IMG/VR virus record: IMGVR_UViG_3300024999_000046
Reading direction: 5' to 3' (one strand)
Origin: an uncultured virus (IMG/VR IMGVR_UViG_3300024999_000046)
Taxonomy: Duplodnaviria > Heunggongvirae > Uroviricota > Caudoviricetes
Length of the DNA: 63,831 nt
Under the pieces are notes generated by a model. That model was given only the letters and a program-made list of their open reading frames with translations, was not told the DNA's origin and did not search any database. Of the stretch, positions 1 to 10,771 are shown piece after piece. The first letter of the stretch is position 1. Each line of letters opens with the position of its first letter. Position numbers and translations under genes: made by a program.

Positions 1-1273
1 TCTGTCCATTGTAATCACACCATTCTAATTTTTTTCCTTGTTCTAAATATCTTCTAATTGTCGCAGAACTCTTTTTTAATTTTACAGATATTTTAATAAT
101 ATCTAACCCGTTATTCCATAAATCACAAGAAACTTTAACTAAACTTTTTAATCCTATTTCATGACATTTTAACCAATCAATATCTTCTTCTTTAAAATTA
201 AGTAATTGTGGTAAATCAGAATTCATAATGCTATGCCTAATCCATTTAATATCAGACCTTCTACAATCCAATATTATGTAATTTTTAATATTATTACTTC
301 TAGCTAACCACTCTTTATCAAAATCACTATTCTGCGTTTCTGTTAATGACCTCCAATTACTTTTTACTTCTTCATAATGTTGAATTCCATGAGTTTCAAT
401 TATGCAATTAATTTTTTCTATATAGTTATCATATTTATAACTACCACACCATTTTAAAGTAGTTTTATTTAATTGAACTATAAAATCCTTATTTAATAAT
501 TGCTCTAAAAATCCGAACAAAAACTTTTCTGGATATGAACCTCCATCTGAACATTTGGGACAACAAACTCCGTTTCTTATTAAATCATACATCGCACTCT
601 CTTTTTCATATCCGCAATCGAGACATTTAATAGGTAATTTTCTTTCTGCAATAGAATATTTTGAAGCGTCTTCCTTATTGGTTAAATATTTTACTAATTC
701 CGGATGAGTAATTATTATTTTATTGCATTGATCACAATAAATAAAATTTTTACTAAGATCATGTCTTATAGAATTGATAATGCTTTTTTGCTCTGATTTA
801 TGTTCTGGATAATTTAAACAATTAAACCAATATCCTTTCCCATTTAAACCACGGGAATTAAAATCTATATCTTCAGGTCGAATTACATTACCATCCTTAT
901 CAATATTTAACTCATAATCCCACCTTGATAAAATCCAATCGGCTAATTCTTTAGTTAATTTATAATAACACCATTGTTTAAAAGATAATCTAATGTTATT
1001 ATTTTTAATATTAACTGCACATTTTTGGCAGTAGTATTTACCATTGTTTTTACTAGTACTCCTTTTATAATAGAACCATTTTAAATTTATTATAGGTTTA
1101 TTACAATAGTCACCATCACATTTTATATTTACGAAAACATTTGAACCATCGGATAAATCTTCGACTTTAACTTCAAATTCATCTTTATATTTTGTAAATA
1201 TATGTCCTTTTGATTCATACCATTTTTTATTATTTGAACTCCATTTTGTAATTGCAACTTTATTTATTATCAA
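1..1273 (-). CDS. Partial (runs off window) Zn-ribbon + Vsr/DUF559-like putative homing endonuclease
   Basis: Manual translation from TTG at 1273 (SD AGGAG about 1286-1290): several CxxC pairs, 'SYPEKF', 'YDNYIEKINCIIETHGIQHY', C-terminal HTH-like 'SATIRRYL'; absent from ORF track. Confidence 0.65.
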   Translation of the reverse strand, partial: MIINKVAITKWSSNNKKWYESKGHIFTKYKDEFEVKVEDLSDGSNVFVNIKCDGDYCNKPIINLKWFYYKRSTSKNNGKYYCQKCAVNIKNNNIRLSFKQWCYYKLTKELADWILSRWDYELNIDKDGNVIRPEDIDFNSRGLNGKGYWFNCLNYPEHKSEQKSIINSIRHDLSKNFIYCDQCNKIIITHPELVKYLTNKEDASKYSIAERKLPIKCLDCGYEKESAMYDLIRNGVCCPKCSDGGSYPEKFLFGFLEQLLNKDFIVQLNKTTLKWCGSYKYDNYIEKINCIIETHGIQHYEEVKSNWRSLTETQNSDFDKEWLARSNNIKNYIILDCRRSDIKWIRHSIMNSDLPQLLNFKEEDIDWLKCHEIGLKSLVKVSCDLWNNGLDIIKISVKLKKSSATIRRYLEQGKKLEWCDYNGQ

Positions 1274-1385
1274 TCATTAATTCAACTCCTATCAGTTTCT
1301 CTTTTAATTCATTCCAATTGATACAATCTGTACATGAAACTTTAGTATCTTTATCCACTCATCTCCACATCCTTTAATTTAATAT

Positions 1386-1577
1386 TTATTTTACTACTTT
1401 TAATTCCAATGCCACATGTTCTGGATAACCAGTAATTCTGTATTTATTGATGTCAACCACTTTATAGTTTTTACTTTCATCTTTGATAGTGATTTGATCG
1501 TTGAGGTCATAGTTAGGAATATTTGAAGTATACGCGGTTACTACTTCGTTCTTTGAGTTGTATAGTAGAATATCCAA
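1386..1577 (-). CDS. Hypothetical protein
   Basis: ORF track; SD from upstream gene end. Confidence 0.55.
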   Translation of the reverse strand: MDILLYNSKNEVVTAYTSNIPNYDLNDQITIKDESKNYKVVDINKYRITGYPEHVALELKVVK

Positions 1578-1769
1578 TTAGTTTTTCTCCTTTAATTCTG
1601 ATTCTAATGAACCATTTTCATCTTTTACCTTACAGGAATAACAAATGTTTTTATTATATTCTGTACGATATGATCTTGATTGTGGTTTATTACATTCATG
1701 GCAAGTTAATTTAGGTGATTTGATTCCATCTGGGATTATGCTTCTTCCTGAGAGATATTTGTATTTCAT
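1578..1769 (-). CDS. Small Zn-finger hypothetical protein
   Basis: CHEC...CYSC; SD AGGAG. Confidence 0.6.
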   Translation of the reverse strand: MKYKYLSGRSIIPDGIKSPKLTCHECNKPQSRSYRTEYNKNICYSCKVKDENGSLESELKEKN

Positions 1770-2617
1770 TTTGTTTTCTCCTTTATATTCTAATAAATTA
1801 TATTTCTTCTAACACATTAATCCACTTGTAATTAACCATAGTCTAATTATGTATGGCATTTGTTTTACTCCCTCCTACATCATTTAAAGTTTTTATTTTA
1901 TTTAACAACTTCTAAATGAGTTTTTTGACTTTCTTTGTCTTGCTTATTAAATATATTTGTAATATTTTCAAATGTTCTCTTATATATATCTAATTCTGAC
2001 TCTAATTGTTTAACCCTCTCTCTTAGTTCTTGATTTTCCTTTTTAATTTTAAAAATATCAGTCTTCATAATGTATCCTTCCTTTTAAGATAAAATAGGTT
2101 TTTCGAATGATTATTCTTTCTCCTCTTTATATATTTTTATCAATTCTTCTCTGCAATATTTACAAGACTTTTCTAGTTGAAACATTCCCAACAACGCAAT
2201 CCAGATCCACAATCGTTATTTTAATTGTAACCTAATGCCTATCTCAATAGGTTACAGTCTTATATTATAGGTATCGTTTATTGATTGATGACAAGAATAA
2301 AGATAGTCCTCTATCTATATGAGGTTTTTGTTTTTCAAATATTTGTTGAGTAGATTCAAGCATTTGTCTAATCCCTCGTGCAGGTTCGGTAATTTTATCT
2401 TCAAAATCTTTCATTGCATAATAATTTTGACAGATATCTTTAATAATATTGTTAGTAATTGAATTTGATAGTTTATTCTCTCGATTTACCATATTGAGTA
2501 TGTCTTCTAAAGGTTTTATATTTAACCAATCCTTTATTAATTTATTATATTAAATGCTTGATAGGAAAGCATTAATACCTAATGAATATAGCATTAATAT
2601 CATTATTTTATTTTATT

Positions 2618-2992
2618 TTATTTTTCATATTTATCTTTTAGTTTTAAATATGTTTCATATTCCTCATCAACTTCACTCTTTATTTCCCTATTCCAACATT
2701 CGCTACAGATTTTATATTCTTTAAGAAAATCTTTCTCAAATTGTTTTTCATCATCATAATCCTTTAATTGAATATTTTCATGATCTATTTCTTGATATTT
2801 ACAATCTCCTTTTTTATTTTTTAATTTAAATGCTTTTTCAAATTCTGTACCAGTTAAGCATTCAAAGGACATAGGGCAATAATCATAAATTAACAATTTA
2901 TCTCCCGAACTATTTTCTCCACTTCTCCATTTTATAAAGTCTGCTTCTTTATCATTTTCAAGAACATACTCCCATAATTTTATTTTACTCAC
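2618..2992 (-). CDS. Hypothetical protein (CP...CxxCWN motif)
   Basis: ORF track; motif shared with 5298..5522 (CP...CEKCWD). Confidence 0.6.
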   Translation of the reverse strand: MSKIKLWEYVLENDKEADFIKWRSGENSSGDKLLIYDYCPMSFECLTGTEFEKAFKLKNKKGDCKYQEIDHENIQLKDYDDEKQFEKDFLKEYKICSECWNREIKSEVDEEYETYLKLKDKYEK

Positions 2993-2998
2993 ATCCTT

Positions 2999-3694
2999 CT
3001 ATAATTTTATTCCAACACTATAATCAACATAATAACTAGTAGTCCCTTGTTTATTATCCTCACACCATTTATTTAATAAAACTTGAAGTTCTTTTTGATC
3101 ACTATCTGAAATATTATCCATAGCATCTTCATGTAAATCACTACAAGCATCTTCAATAATACCAGAAGCATCTATAGATAATTCAATTGAATTTGTTCCG
3201 TAAATTCTTAAACTTCTACGACTTATCAGTTCTTCTTCATTGTCACTTTCTTTATCTTCTATCCATTCTTCTAAATCTTCAACCATAAGATATTTATCAT
3301 AATTATCTATATAAATCATAATAAAATCATTTATTGCTTGTTCATAAGATATTTTCTTTGCTTTATTCCATGTTTCTAAATCTTTATTGTAGCGCTCTTG
3401 AAGACGCTCTAAATTTGCCAGTTTACAATTACATTTAGAACTTCCTCTGTCAAGAATTTTATCACAATGTAAACATTTACTTTGTACTCCATTATAGCAA
3501 TGTCTGCAACCTATAATAACTTGTTGCTTATGTGGAAAATGAATTTTGCTATTTTCACTTTTTAATCCAAATGGATTATCATCTACTTGTAATCCAGTAC
3601 CTCCACAATGAGAACAGATAATTTCATGTTCTTGAAGGTCTTTTTGAAGTTTTAAATTGAACAATACATCAATTTGTTCATTTCTTATTGGCAT
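2999..3694 (-). CDS. Hypothetical protein with DnaJ-type CxxCxGxG zinc finger
   Basis: CSHCGGTG, CRHCYNG; SD AGGAG. Confidence 0.65.
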   Translation of the reverse strand: MPIRNEQIDVLFNLKLQKDLQEHEIICSHCGGTGLQVDDNPFGLKSENSKIHFPHKQQVIIGCRHCYNGVQSKCLHCDKILDRGSSKCNCKLANLERLQERYNKDLETWNKAKKISYEQAINDFIMIYIDNYDKYLMVEDLEEWIEDKESDNEEELISRRSLRIYGTNSIELSIDASGIIEDACSDLHEDAMDNISDSDQKELQVLLNKWCEDNKQGTTSYYVDYSVGIKL

Positions 3695-3714
3695 TTATTT
3701 TTACTCCTTTCTAA

Positions 3715-4044
3715 TTAGTTAATCACAGGATATTCATATTTTTGTATTTGAAATTCCTCTGGAACACATGACGAATGAAATAAACGATATTTCATCCAAT
3801 CTAATATTTCTTCTTGCTTCTCAAATATCATCCATCTTGAATCATCAACAATTATTAATTGATCAAATATATGACCTCTAACTTTATCTACACTAGATAT
3901 AACCATATAAGTTGTTTCATCTTCCATTAATACTCTATCTTTTCTTTTGATATATGGTTTAGAAGATATATCATTTTCTACAATTTCTCTAAGTGCTTTA
4001 CACGACAAATCATAGTTATATCCTACTATTGCTATATGTAAAAT
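3715..4044 (-). CDS. Hypothetical protein, probable ATT start
   Basis: Frame of 3715..4008 extends to ATT 6 nt after AAGGAGTG. Confidence 0.55.
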   Translation of the reverse strand: MLHIAIVGYNYDLSCKALREIVENDISSKPYIKRKDRVLMEDETTYMVISSVDKVRGHIFDQLIIVDDSRWMIFEKQEEILDWMKYRLFHSSCVPEEFQIQKYEYPVIN

Positions 4045-4057
4045 TTATTTCACTCCT

Positions 4058-4525
4058 TTATAACAAAATTTCATAAACAGAAACATAAAACATATCAACT
4101 TTATAATCAGCATAACTTACAGTTCTCTTCTGAAAATAAACTTTTATATCGCTATCATCTTTAGGTGTTAGCCAATAATACTTAACATGCTCACTATACT
4201 TTGGATCATTGATTCTGTATTCTTGACCTAATTTTACTTTAAGATTTGATTTAATTACTTGAGATTTATCGAATTCAATGAACGCACCATAATCACCTAT
4301 GACAATTCGATTATAACCATTTGATATTAGTGTGCCGTCTGTGCTATGTATTTTGGAATTAATGTCACCATTTATGTTTAATTGAGGTGGAAGATTATCT
4401 AGATATTTCTGTCTTACTTCTTCTGATAGAGATGATTTGAGTTTGCGATATTTATATTTCAAAGATAATTCTTCTTGGAATTGTAGTAAATTTTCTATGT
4501 GATAGTCACTCCTTTTTGCTCTCAA
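4058..4525 (-). CDS. Hypothetical phage protein (SD points to ATA start at 4498)
   Basis: 155-aa ORF; AAGGAGTG lies inside the annotated 5' end. Confidence 0.65.
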   Translation of the reverse strand: MRAKRSDYHIENLLQFQEELSLKYKYRKLKSSLSEEVRQKYLDNLPPQLNINGDINSKIHSTDGTLISNGYNRIVIGDYGAFIEFDKSQVIKSNLKVKLGQEYRINDPKYSEHVKYYWLTPKDDSDIKVYFQKRTVSYADYKVDMFYVSVYEILL

Positions 4526-4747
4526 TCTTATTAATAATCTCTAAAATTTCTATACATGCCTTTTTATAACCCTTAGACCAAATATAAGTGCTTTCATTAT
4601 AATATTCTTTAGAAAAATTATTAATATGATTAATTAGCCATTGTTTAAGTTCTTTCATTTATGGTTCTCTCCTTTCTTTTTATAATCACCTCCTTTCTGT
4701 TGATTTAAATTTATGATGGTTCATTGGTGATTTTTATAGTTTAGAGT

Positions 4748-4969
4748 TTATAGTTCGTCTCTGATGAAATTGATAAAGTCTTGTATTTTACATTCTTCAC
4801 AAAGTTCAGTAAACGTGCCGAATTGTTGTTGATCACAAGAAATATATTCTCCGCATTCACCACAATGTATTTCTCCACTACAACCAAAACCAGAATCTAT
4901 AGATTTGCCTTTATTTGAACAATAGAAATTACAGAATTGTTCTTTAAGTTCTAATAATTTATTTTCCAT
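4748..4969 (-). CDS. Cys-rich hypothetical protein
   Basis: ORF track, SD AAGGAG. Confidence 0.55.
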   Translation of the reverse strand: MENKLLELKEQFCNFYCSNKGKSIDSGFGCSGEIHCGECGEYISCDQQQFGTFTELCEECKIQDFINFIRDEL

Positions 4970-4973
4970 TTAC

Positions 4974-5282
4974 TTACTCCTTTATGAATTCAATAATATC
5001 CATTAGCGCATAAGTTCTTGAAGCGTCTTTTTCAATATCCCAAACCTCTAATAACCATTGATCTTTTTTATGGTAATCCGTGTTCCCATAATAGATATTT
5101 TGAGGAATAATAGTTCTGATTGATGTAATTCCTTGATAGTTTTTGTATTTTACTTTGATTGAAGTAGTTGGACTATAATGAGGACATGAATCTTTATGGT
5201 TTAATAAACATCCTTCACCAAAAGATTCTTCCCAGTCAGGCGAATAACAAACACCACCGTCAAAATGTACACATGGTTTCAT
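4974..5282 (-). CDS. Small WYL-like domain protein
   Basis: 'IKVKYKNYQGITSIRTIIP...QWLLEVWDIEKDASRTYALMDI' resembles WYL/SH3 fold. Confidence 0.6.
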   Translation of the reverse strand: MKPCVHFDGGVCYSPDWEESFGEGCLLNHKDSCPHYSPTTSIKVKYKNYQGITSIRTIIPQNIYYGNTDYHKKDQWLLEVWDIEKDASRTYALMDIIEFIKE

Positions 5283-5297
5283 ATTTATGCAACTCCT

Positions 5298-5522
5298 TTA
5301 CGCTTCAATATATTCTTTATCCCAACACTTTTCACAAGTAATGCCTCTACATCCTTTTATATATCCATACTCCCCAATTTTAGTATCCTCATCTAAATCA
5401 TCATTGCCACAGTCAATAAAATATGGGCAACAATCTGTGATATATGTATCAGATTTTAAAAATTCACTTGAGAATACTATTCCATTTGGATATTTAATAT
5501 ATGCTTTTTCTAATCTTTTCAC
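5298..5522 (-). CDS. Hypothetical protein
   Basis: ORF track, SD AAGGAG. Confidence 0.55.
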   Translation of the reverse strand: MKRLEKAYIKYPNGIVFSSEFLKSDTYITDCCPYFIDCGNDDLDEDTKIGEYGYIKGCRGITCEKCWDKEYIEA

Positions 5523-5651
5523 GATAATCTCCTTTTCAATTAAAATTTCACTTTCATCGGATTGTCTGATTTTGAAACCCTTTATGCCACTAGGGTTTCA
5601 AGGTTGGGATAAAATGTAATTAAGCACTTTATCCCAAATATTTGTAAATTT

Positions 5652-6254
5652 TTACTTAATAAATTGTTCTACTGCAATTTTACTCCAACTTTCTAATTCT
5701 CCATCAAAATTTAATAAACTATCTTTAGAAATCCAATCTCCAACCAATGTCTCTGTTTCTTTGACACTAACCTCTAATCCCGAAACTTCTACTACATATA
5801 CAAGGCCCAAATGTACTGAGTCAACTTCTGTATTATTAGAACAAATCATGCCGATAAGATCGATGGATTTGATGCTTGATTTAATATCAATTTCTTCATC
5901 TAGTTCACGCATCATTCCTGACTTTATGTAATTATTATCTGTACCATCTACACGCTCTAGATGCCCTCCTACGCCTAGAGAATACTTTCCAGTAAGTCTT
6001 ACATCACCTTCAAGTCTACGAGTGATGAAATAGCTATCATGGCATTTGACTAGGCAATAAGGAATGATTTGACGATGCTCAAAGTTTAACTCTGCGTCAT
6101 ATCTATGAATAAATTTACCTACTGAATTGAAAATATTACTATATTTATTATCCTTGTCTAATTCTACAAATGTATCAAAGTCCTTTGTTAATTCATTACT
6201 TACTACAAATACTTCTACATCACCATATTTAGCTTTTAATTGTTCTTTATTCAT
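5652..6254 (-). CDS. NUDIX-family hydrolase (YmaB/COG4112-like)
   Basis: RQIIPY, SLGVGGH, GMMRELDEE Nudix-like box, VHLGLV. Confidence 0.8.
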   Translation of the reverse strand: MNKEQLKAKYGDVEVFVVSNELTKDFDTFVELDKDNKYSNIFNSVGKFIHRYDAELNFEHRQIIPYCLVKCHDSYFITRRLEGDVRLTGKYSLGVGGHLERVDGTDNNYIKSGMMRELDEEIDIKSSIKSIDLIGMICSNNTEVDSVHLGLVYVVEVSGLEVSVKETETLVGDWISKDSLLNFDGELESWSKIAVEQFIK

Positions 6255-6294
6255 TTTTAATTTCCTCTTTTCATTTAATTATTTTTTTAGATTA

Positions 6295-8880
6295 TTAGGA
6301 ACACTTGCTATAAAAGCAATTAGGACACGTTCGACAACCCTCTGTCATACCTAGTTCATGACCACATTCAGGGCACTTGGTTGAATCTTGATTTTCAATT
6401 TGAATCACTTTAGTCTCTTTTACTATTGCTACTTTTAAATCTTTACCCTTAATAAAGTCTCTAATAGCATTTCCAATTGCATCAGCACATGATCTAGAAT
6501 CCAATCCTTTCTCTTTTCTCATCATCATGCTTACTGGGCATCTAACAGATTTAAGTTGATCAATAATTACTTCAGGATGAATATTTGATTTAAGTGCCAA
6601 TGAAGTCATTCTTGATAATGCTTCTGTTAGTCCCTGACATCCTCCTTGTGTTGCTGATTGAGAGAATATTTCTCTAAGATTTCCTTCGTCATCGTAACAT
6701 AAGAATAACCAAAAACTACCACAACCACTAGACACTTTAAATCTTTCTGCATGTGCATATTTTAATGTTTCAGCAGGAACAATAAAATCTTGTTTGGAAA
6801 TTTCTATTTCTTCTGTTTCTCCAACACTTAATACTTGATTAGCTCTACAACCATCGCGATATACGGTCACACCCTTGATTCCATTCTTTGCTGCCATTAG
6901 ATACACATTTCCTACATCTTCAACAGTTGCATCATTTGGCAAATTCACAGTTTTGCTAATACTTAAGCATATGTATTTTTGAATTTGTGCCAATACTTTC
7001 ACATGCCATTCAGGAGAAATATCATTAGCAGTTACAAATATATCTTGAATTTCTTGTGTGAAAATATCATCTAAACCTTTAATAGATCCCTTATTTTCAT
7101 TAATTTTATCTAGTATTTCCTTTGTGTATAAGTTGTTCTCTTTTAGATAATTTTCAAAGACGCTATCCGCAACCATATATTCATCATTTTCTTTATCCCT
7201 ACGCTTATAGACCAAAGCAAATTGAGGTTCAATTCCTCCTGTTGTGTCAGCTATAAATGCAATACTTCCATTAGGAGCAATACTTGTCATACTAGAACAT
7301 CTAACTTTAAGATTTTCTTCTTCCCATTTACTACCTTTCCAAGCAGGATATATTCCTCTTTCTTTTCCTAGTTTTATATTATAATCTAAACATGTTTTCT
7401 TAATAAAACCGTACAATTCATCAACAAAATCTAAGCATTTTTGAGAGTTATAAGGTATTTTTAGTTCGTAAAGCAATTGAGCAAAACCCATTGTACCTAA
7501 TCCAATTGGTCTAATTAAGTGTGTAATTGTTTTTATTTTCTCAAGAGGAAGTTTATTCATTGTAATCATATCATCTAGGAATCTGAAAGTTAATTCAATA
7601 TTTTCTTTTAGTTTAGACCAATTTACTTTTCCTTTATCAATTACCCTTTTGAGGTTTACGGATGCTAAGTTACAACTTGAATAGGGAATATTAACATATT
7701 CATGACAGTTGTGGACTACTAAACCTTCTACTATTCCCCAATGAGTTAATGGCTCTGAGAAATCATAAACTTTTTGTTTTCCTAAATCAACAATTGATAT
7801 TACAGTTGGGTTTATAGCTTGAAAAGCTAATAAACTTTTATTTAATGTGTTTTCTGCTTCACATTTACCTCCGTTGCTTAACATAAAAATATGATTAGGG
7901 GTGCATTTAATTTTTCTATCATTGCTTAATGTCAATTCAACAACGTCTTTTTCTCCACTGTACCAAACATTACCATCAGATATATCACCGTTCGAATTAA
8001 TAACTTTAACTTCTTTTTCTGCCAATTCTTCAAATGTTTTATAGCCATCCACTGTTAATAATCTCATGTCTGAGGTAAAGCAAGGATTTCCGTATACTGT
8101 TGGATATAATTGGGGATTCATATTCCCTGCGTCCATATTCGACTGGTAACTCAAGCCGGGTTCTCCTGTTTTCCATGCACACAACATAATTTCATTCCAC
8201 AGATCAATTGCTTTAATTGTTTGATATACTAATCCATTAAATTTTAAATTCCAATCCTCATTGTTTTCTACTGCTTCAACAAATTCATCTGTAATACTAA
8301 CAGAGATATTCATATTTTTCAAATCTTCTGTATCATCCTTCGAGTGAATGAAATCAAAAATTTCGGGATGATCACAAGGCAAATCAATTTTTAATGCACC
8401 ATTTCTTTTATTTCCTTGTTTTACTCTGTTTACAACTTCATTAAAAACATGCATGAAAGAACATACTCCTGAAGCATTAGAACCAGATGACTTACATAAT
8501 GAACCTTTAGGACGAATCTTTCTCATGGAGAATCCTGCTCCACCTGACATTTGAAAAATCTTTGCACATTCTGCTACTGTAGAAAAAATACCTTCAATAT
8601 TATCTTCAATATCTACTACAAAACAAGAACTTAAAGATTGTGATGGAGTTCCAGCATTAAAAATACAAGGACTAGAAGGAATAAATTCCATATCTTTGAT
8701 TTTATTATAAAATTGTTTTATGTAATAAGGAATATCCTTTTCATTTTCAGCTTGAGCAATACTTGTTGCTATTCTTTTAGATATATCAGACCAAGAGTGT
8801 TCAATAAATTTATCATCATTATCTCTTAAATAGTATCTTTTTTCTAAAAGTTTTTCTACATTGTCGTTCATTTTAGTCAA
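6295..8880 (-). CDS. nrdJ: Class II (adenosylcobalamin-dependent) ribonucleotide reductase with intein, C-terminal TSCPD and Zn ribbon
   Basis: PSSP..FNAG, LSSCFV, GGAGF, GEPG, NP|CHE, SCNLAS, RPIGLG, SIAPNGS, SISKTVN, KGVTVYRDG; C-terminal SCADAIG and CPECG. Confidence 0.92.
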   Translation of the reverse strand: MTKMNDNVEKLLEKRYYLRDNDDKFIEHSWSDISKRIATSIAQAENEKDIPYYIKQFYNKIKDMEFIPSSPCIFNAGTPSQSLSSCFVVDIEDNIEGIFSTVAECAKIFQMSGGAGFSMRKIRPKGSLCKSSGSNASGVCSFMHVFNEVVNRVKQGNKRNGALKIDLPCDHPEIFDFIHSKDDTEDLKNMNISVSITDEFVEAVENNEDWNLKFNGLVYQTIKAIDLWNEIMLCAWKTGEPGLSYQSNMDAGNMNPQLYPTVYGNPCFTSDMRLLTVDGYKTFEELAEKEVKVINSNGDISDGNVWYSGEKDVVELTLSNDRKIKCTPNHIFMLSNGGKCEAENTLNKSLLAFQAINPTVISIVDLGKQKVYDFSEPLTHWGIVEGLVVHNCHEYVNIPYSSCNLASVNLKRVIDKGKVNWSKLKENIELTFRFLDDMITMNKLPLEKIKTITHLIRPIGLGTMGFAQLLYELKIPYNSQKCLDFVDELYGFIKKTCLDYNIKLGKERGIYPAWKGSKWEEENLKVRCSSMTSIAPNGSIAFIADTTGGIEPQFALVYKRRDKENDEYMVADSVFENYLKENNLYTKEILDKINENKGSIKGLDDIFTQEIQDIFVTANDISPEWHVKVLAQIQKYICLSISKTVNLPNDATVEDVGNVYLMAAKNGIKGVTVYRDGCRANQVLSVGETEEIEISKQDFIVPAETLKYAHAERFKVSSGCGSFWLFLCYDDEGNLREIFSQSATQGGCQGLTEALSRMTSLALKSNIHPEVIIDQLKSVRCPVSMMMRKEKGLDSRSCADAIGNAIRDFIKGKDLKVAIVKETKVIQIENQDSTKCPECGHELGMTEGCRTCPNCFYSKCS
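7708..8082 (-). mobile_element. 125-aa mini-intein in nrdJ (no endonuclease domain)
   Basis: Starts CFTSDMRLLT, block B 'CTPNHIF', block F 'VYDF', ends 'VVHN' followed by Cys; splits the NPCxE active-site motif. Confidence 0.92.
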
Positions 8881-8928
8881 TTATGCATCCTCCAATATAT
8901 TTATTTTATAAAATTATTTCAAATGATA

Positions 8929-9423
8929 TTACTTATACATTCCAACACGTTCTTCTAAATCTTTTTCCGCATATTCTAATTCTTTCATAGTATCTTTAAC
9001 TATAACATTCCAAACATTTTTTATAGCAAGTTTTTGGAGTTTATTCCATTCTACTTCAAAGTTATCTTTAGCATCAATTAAAATTTGTTCTTTTTCTTTT
9101 AGCAGTTTACCAAATTTTACCCATACCTCTTCACCATCGAGTTCGTAATTACCTAACTGAATATAATCCCATCCATAATCACCGCTACAAAGAAAAGTAT
9201 TAATATTAACAAAATTACCCAATAACCTAATTTGTCCATACTCTTTTAATATTCTAATAATGTCTTTCTTTTTATCTTCGAGGCAAATTCCAATGCTGTC
9301 ATTCTTTATAAAATACAAGACGTATGGTTTAAGCTTTTCTTCAATTTCATCGTGCATTGTTTTTCTATTATATTTTTCACTTTCATAAAGCATATCATCG
9401 AAGTCGAACGCTTTTAATTTCAT
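8929..9423 (-). CDS. Hypothetical protein (start reassigned to ATG after SD)
   Basis: AAGGAG at about 9433-9438 precedes ATG 9423. Confidence 0.6.
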   Translation of the reverse strand: MKLKAFDFDDMLYESEKYNRKTMHDEIEEKLKPYVLYFIKNDSIGICLEDKKKDIIRILKEYGQIRLLGNFVNINTFLCSGDYGWDYIQLGNYELDGEEVWVKFGKLLKEKEQILIDAKDNFEVEWNKLQKLAIKNVWNVIVKDTMKELEYAEKDLEERVGMYK

Positions 9424-9741
9424 GTGTATAATCTCCTTTTTATTTATCCCATAAAAATCTTCTTTCAAGGGAAATGTCATGCCCTGTAACCCTACTATAG
9501 ATTGATTCTTAAAATTTGATAATTACCTAAAACCATTTTATCTCTACTTTCCCCAATCATACAACACGCTCTTTGCATCAAAACTAACATTATTAGATAA
9601 TACTCTTAATTGCTCCCATTCTTCTTTATTTAAATTAGGGAATTTATCCAATAATACCTTTAGTTCTCTAACTTCATCAAAGATATCCATACTACTAAAA
9701 TCCAATTGCATCACCTCCCTTCATTACTTCATTACTTCTAA

Positions 9742-9999
9742 TTATTTCCAATGATTATTTTTCTTCAAAATATCAACAACATCTTTAGCATAATCCTCAT
9801 CCACATTAATCACTAAATACCTATTCCCTGTATTCTTATTGAATTTATATCTACTGATTCTAATGTTTTTAAGTATTCTCGCTAAATCTATCCTATCTTG
9901 CTCTGAAGCATGTTTAACCATATCTTCTTGTTTAATAATGAAGTATTTATTGAAATCTGTTCCACTTAAATTAAGATTATTCAAAATTCTTTTATTCAC
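9742..9999 (-). CDS. Hypothetical phage protein
   Basis: ORF track. Confidence 0.6.
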   Translation of the reverse strand: MNKRILNNLNLSGTDFNKYFIIKQEDMVKHASEQDRIDLARILKNIRISRYKFNKNTGNRYLVINVDEDYAKDVVDILKKNNHWK

Positions 10000-10207
10000 C
10001 TTCTTCTTTCACAATATCTGGAATTAATTCTGGTTTGATCATCTTACTCCTATCTCCATAGAACCATTGGAAATTATTTTCCAAAAAACATAAATTGTGA
10101 AATCTTATGTATGCCTGATCATTTTGTTCAGGAGTAGCATTATATCTATGACAAATATCTTTTTGAATACAGTTGTTTATTGCTTTACACATCGACAAAC
10201 TTGCCAA
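9992..10207 (-). CDS. Small Cys-rich phage protein
   Basis: MC...C..KD.CHRY pattern. Confidence 0.55.
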   Translation of the reverse strand: MASLSMCKAINNCIQKDICHRYNATPEQNDQAYIRFHNLCFLENNFQWFYGDRSKMIKPELIPDIVKEEGE

Positions 10208-10209
10208 AC

Positions 10210-10416
10210 TCAGTCTTCCATCCTCTCATTCTTTATTTCTGATTGATTTTCTAATGATTCAAGTATTACCTTTTTATAGTAAGAATCTTTATTAGAATCT
10301 TGATCAACAATAAACACATAATTTACTTTATCAGTGTAATTATTTTCATATTCTTCATGACTACATTGAATCCAATCGCCATCTCTACCATGAAGAATTT
10401 TAGGATTATCATTCAT
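10210..10416 (-). CDS. Hypothetical protein, paralog of 10536..10685
   Basis: SD AAGGAG; 'NPKILHGRDGDWIQCSHEEY'. Confidence 0.6.
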   Translation of the reverse strand: MNDNPKILHGRDGDWIQCSHEEYENNYTDKVNYVFIVDQDSNKDSYYKKVILESLENQSEIKNERMED

Positions 10417-10535
10417 ATGTATTTACTCCTTCTGTGTAGCAAGAATTTAATTAGTTGAATGAATAATCTGCGAGATTAAATCCTTGCTATTTATTTTATG
10501 ATTTGTGTTGATTAATTATGACTGTTTAGGATGAT

Positions 10536-10685
10536 TTATTGACTAATCTTTTTGAGGTATGTAGTAGAATTAGTTAATGTGCTAGGAATAAACATGAAGT
10601 TTGCTTTGTCTAAGGAATTGTACTCTTGGGCAGAGCATTGTGTCCATTGACCGTCGATGCGATTGATGATTTTTGTGGGATTCAT
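10536..10685 (-). CDS. 49-aa hypothetical protein, paralog of 10210..10416
   Basis: Manual: MNPTKIINRIDGQWTQCSAQEYNSLDKANFMFIPSTLTNSTTYLKKISQ; SD AGGAGG; own promoter. Confidence 0.65.
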   Translation of the reverse strand: MNPTKIINRIDGQWTQCSAQEYNSLDKANFMFIPSTLTNSTTYLKKISQ

Positions 10686-10715
10686 TTTTGTTTTTTACCT
10701 CCTCTCTATGTTTAT

Positions 10716-10744
10716 ATTGTAACATTTATGGGCATGGAAGTCAA
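10716..10744 (-). promoter_or_regulatory. SigA-type promoter
   Basis: TTGACT-17-TACAAT. Confidence 0.65.
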
Positions 10745-10771
10745 ATATATTTATTTATTAATTCAACTAAT

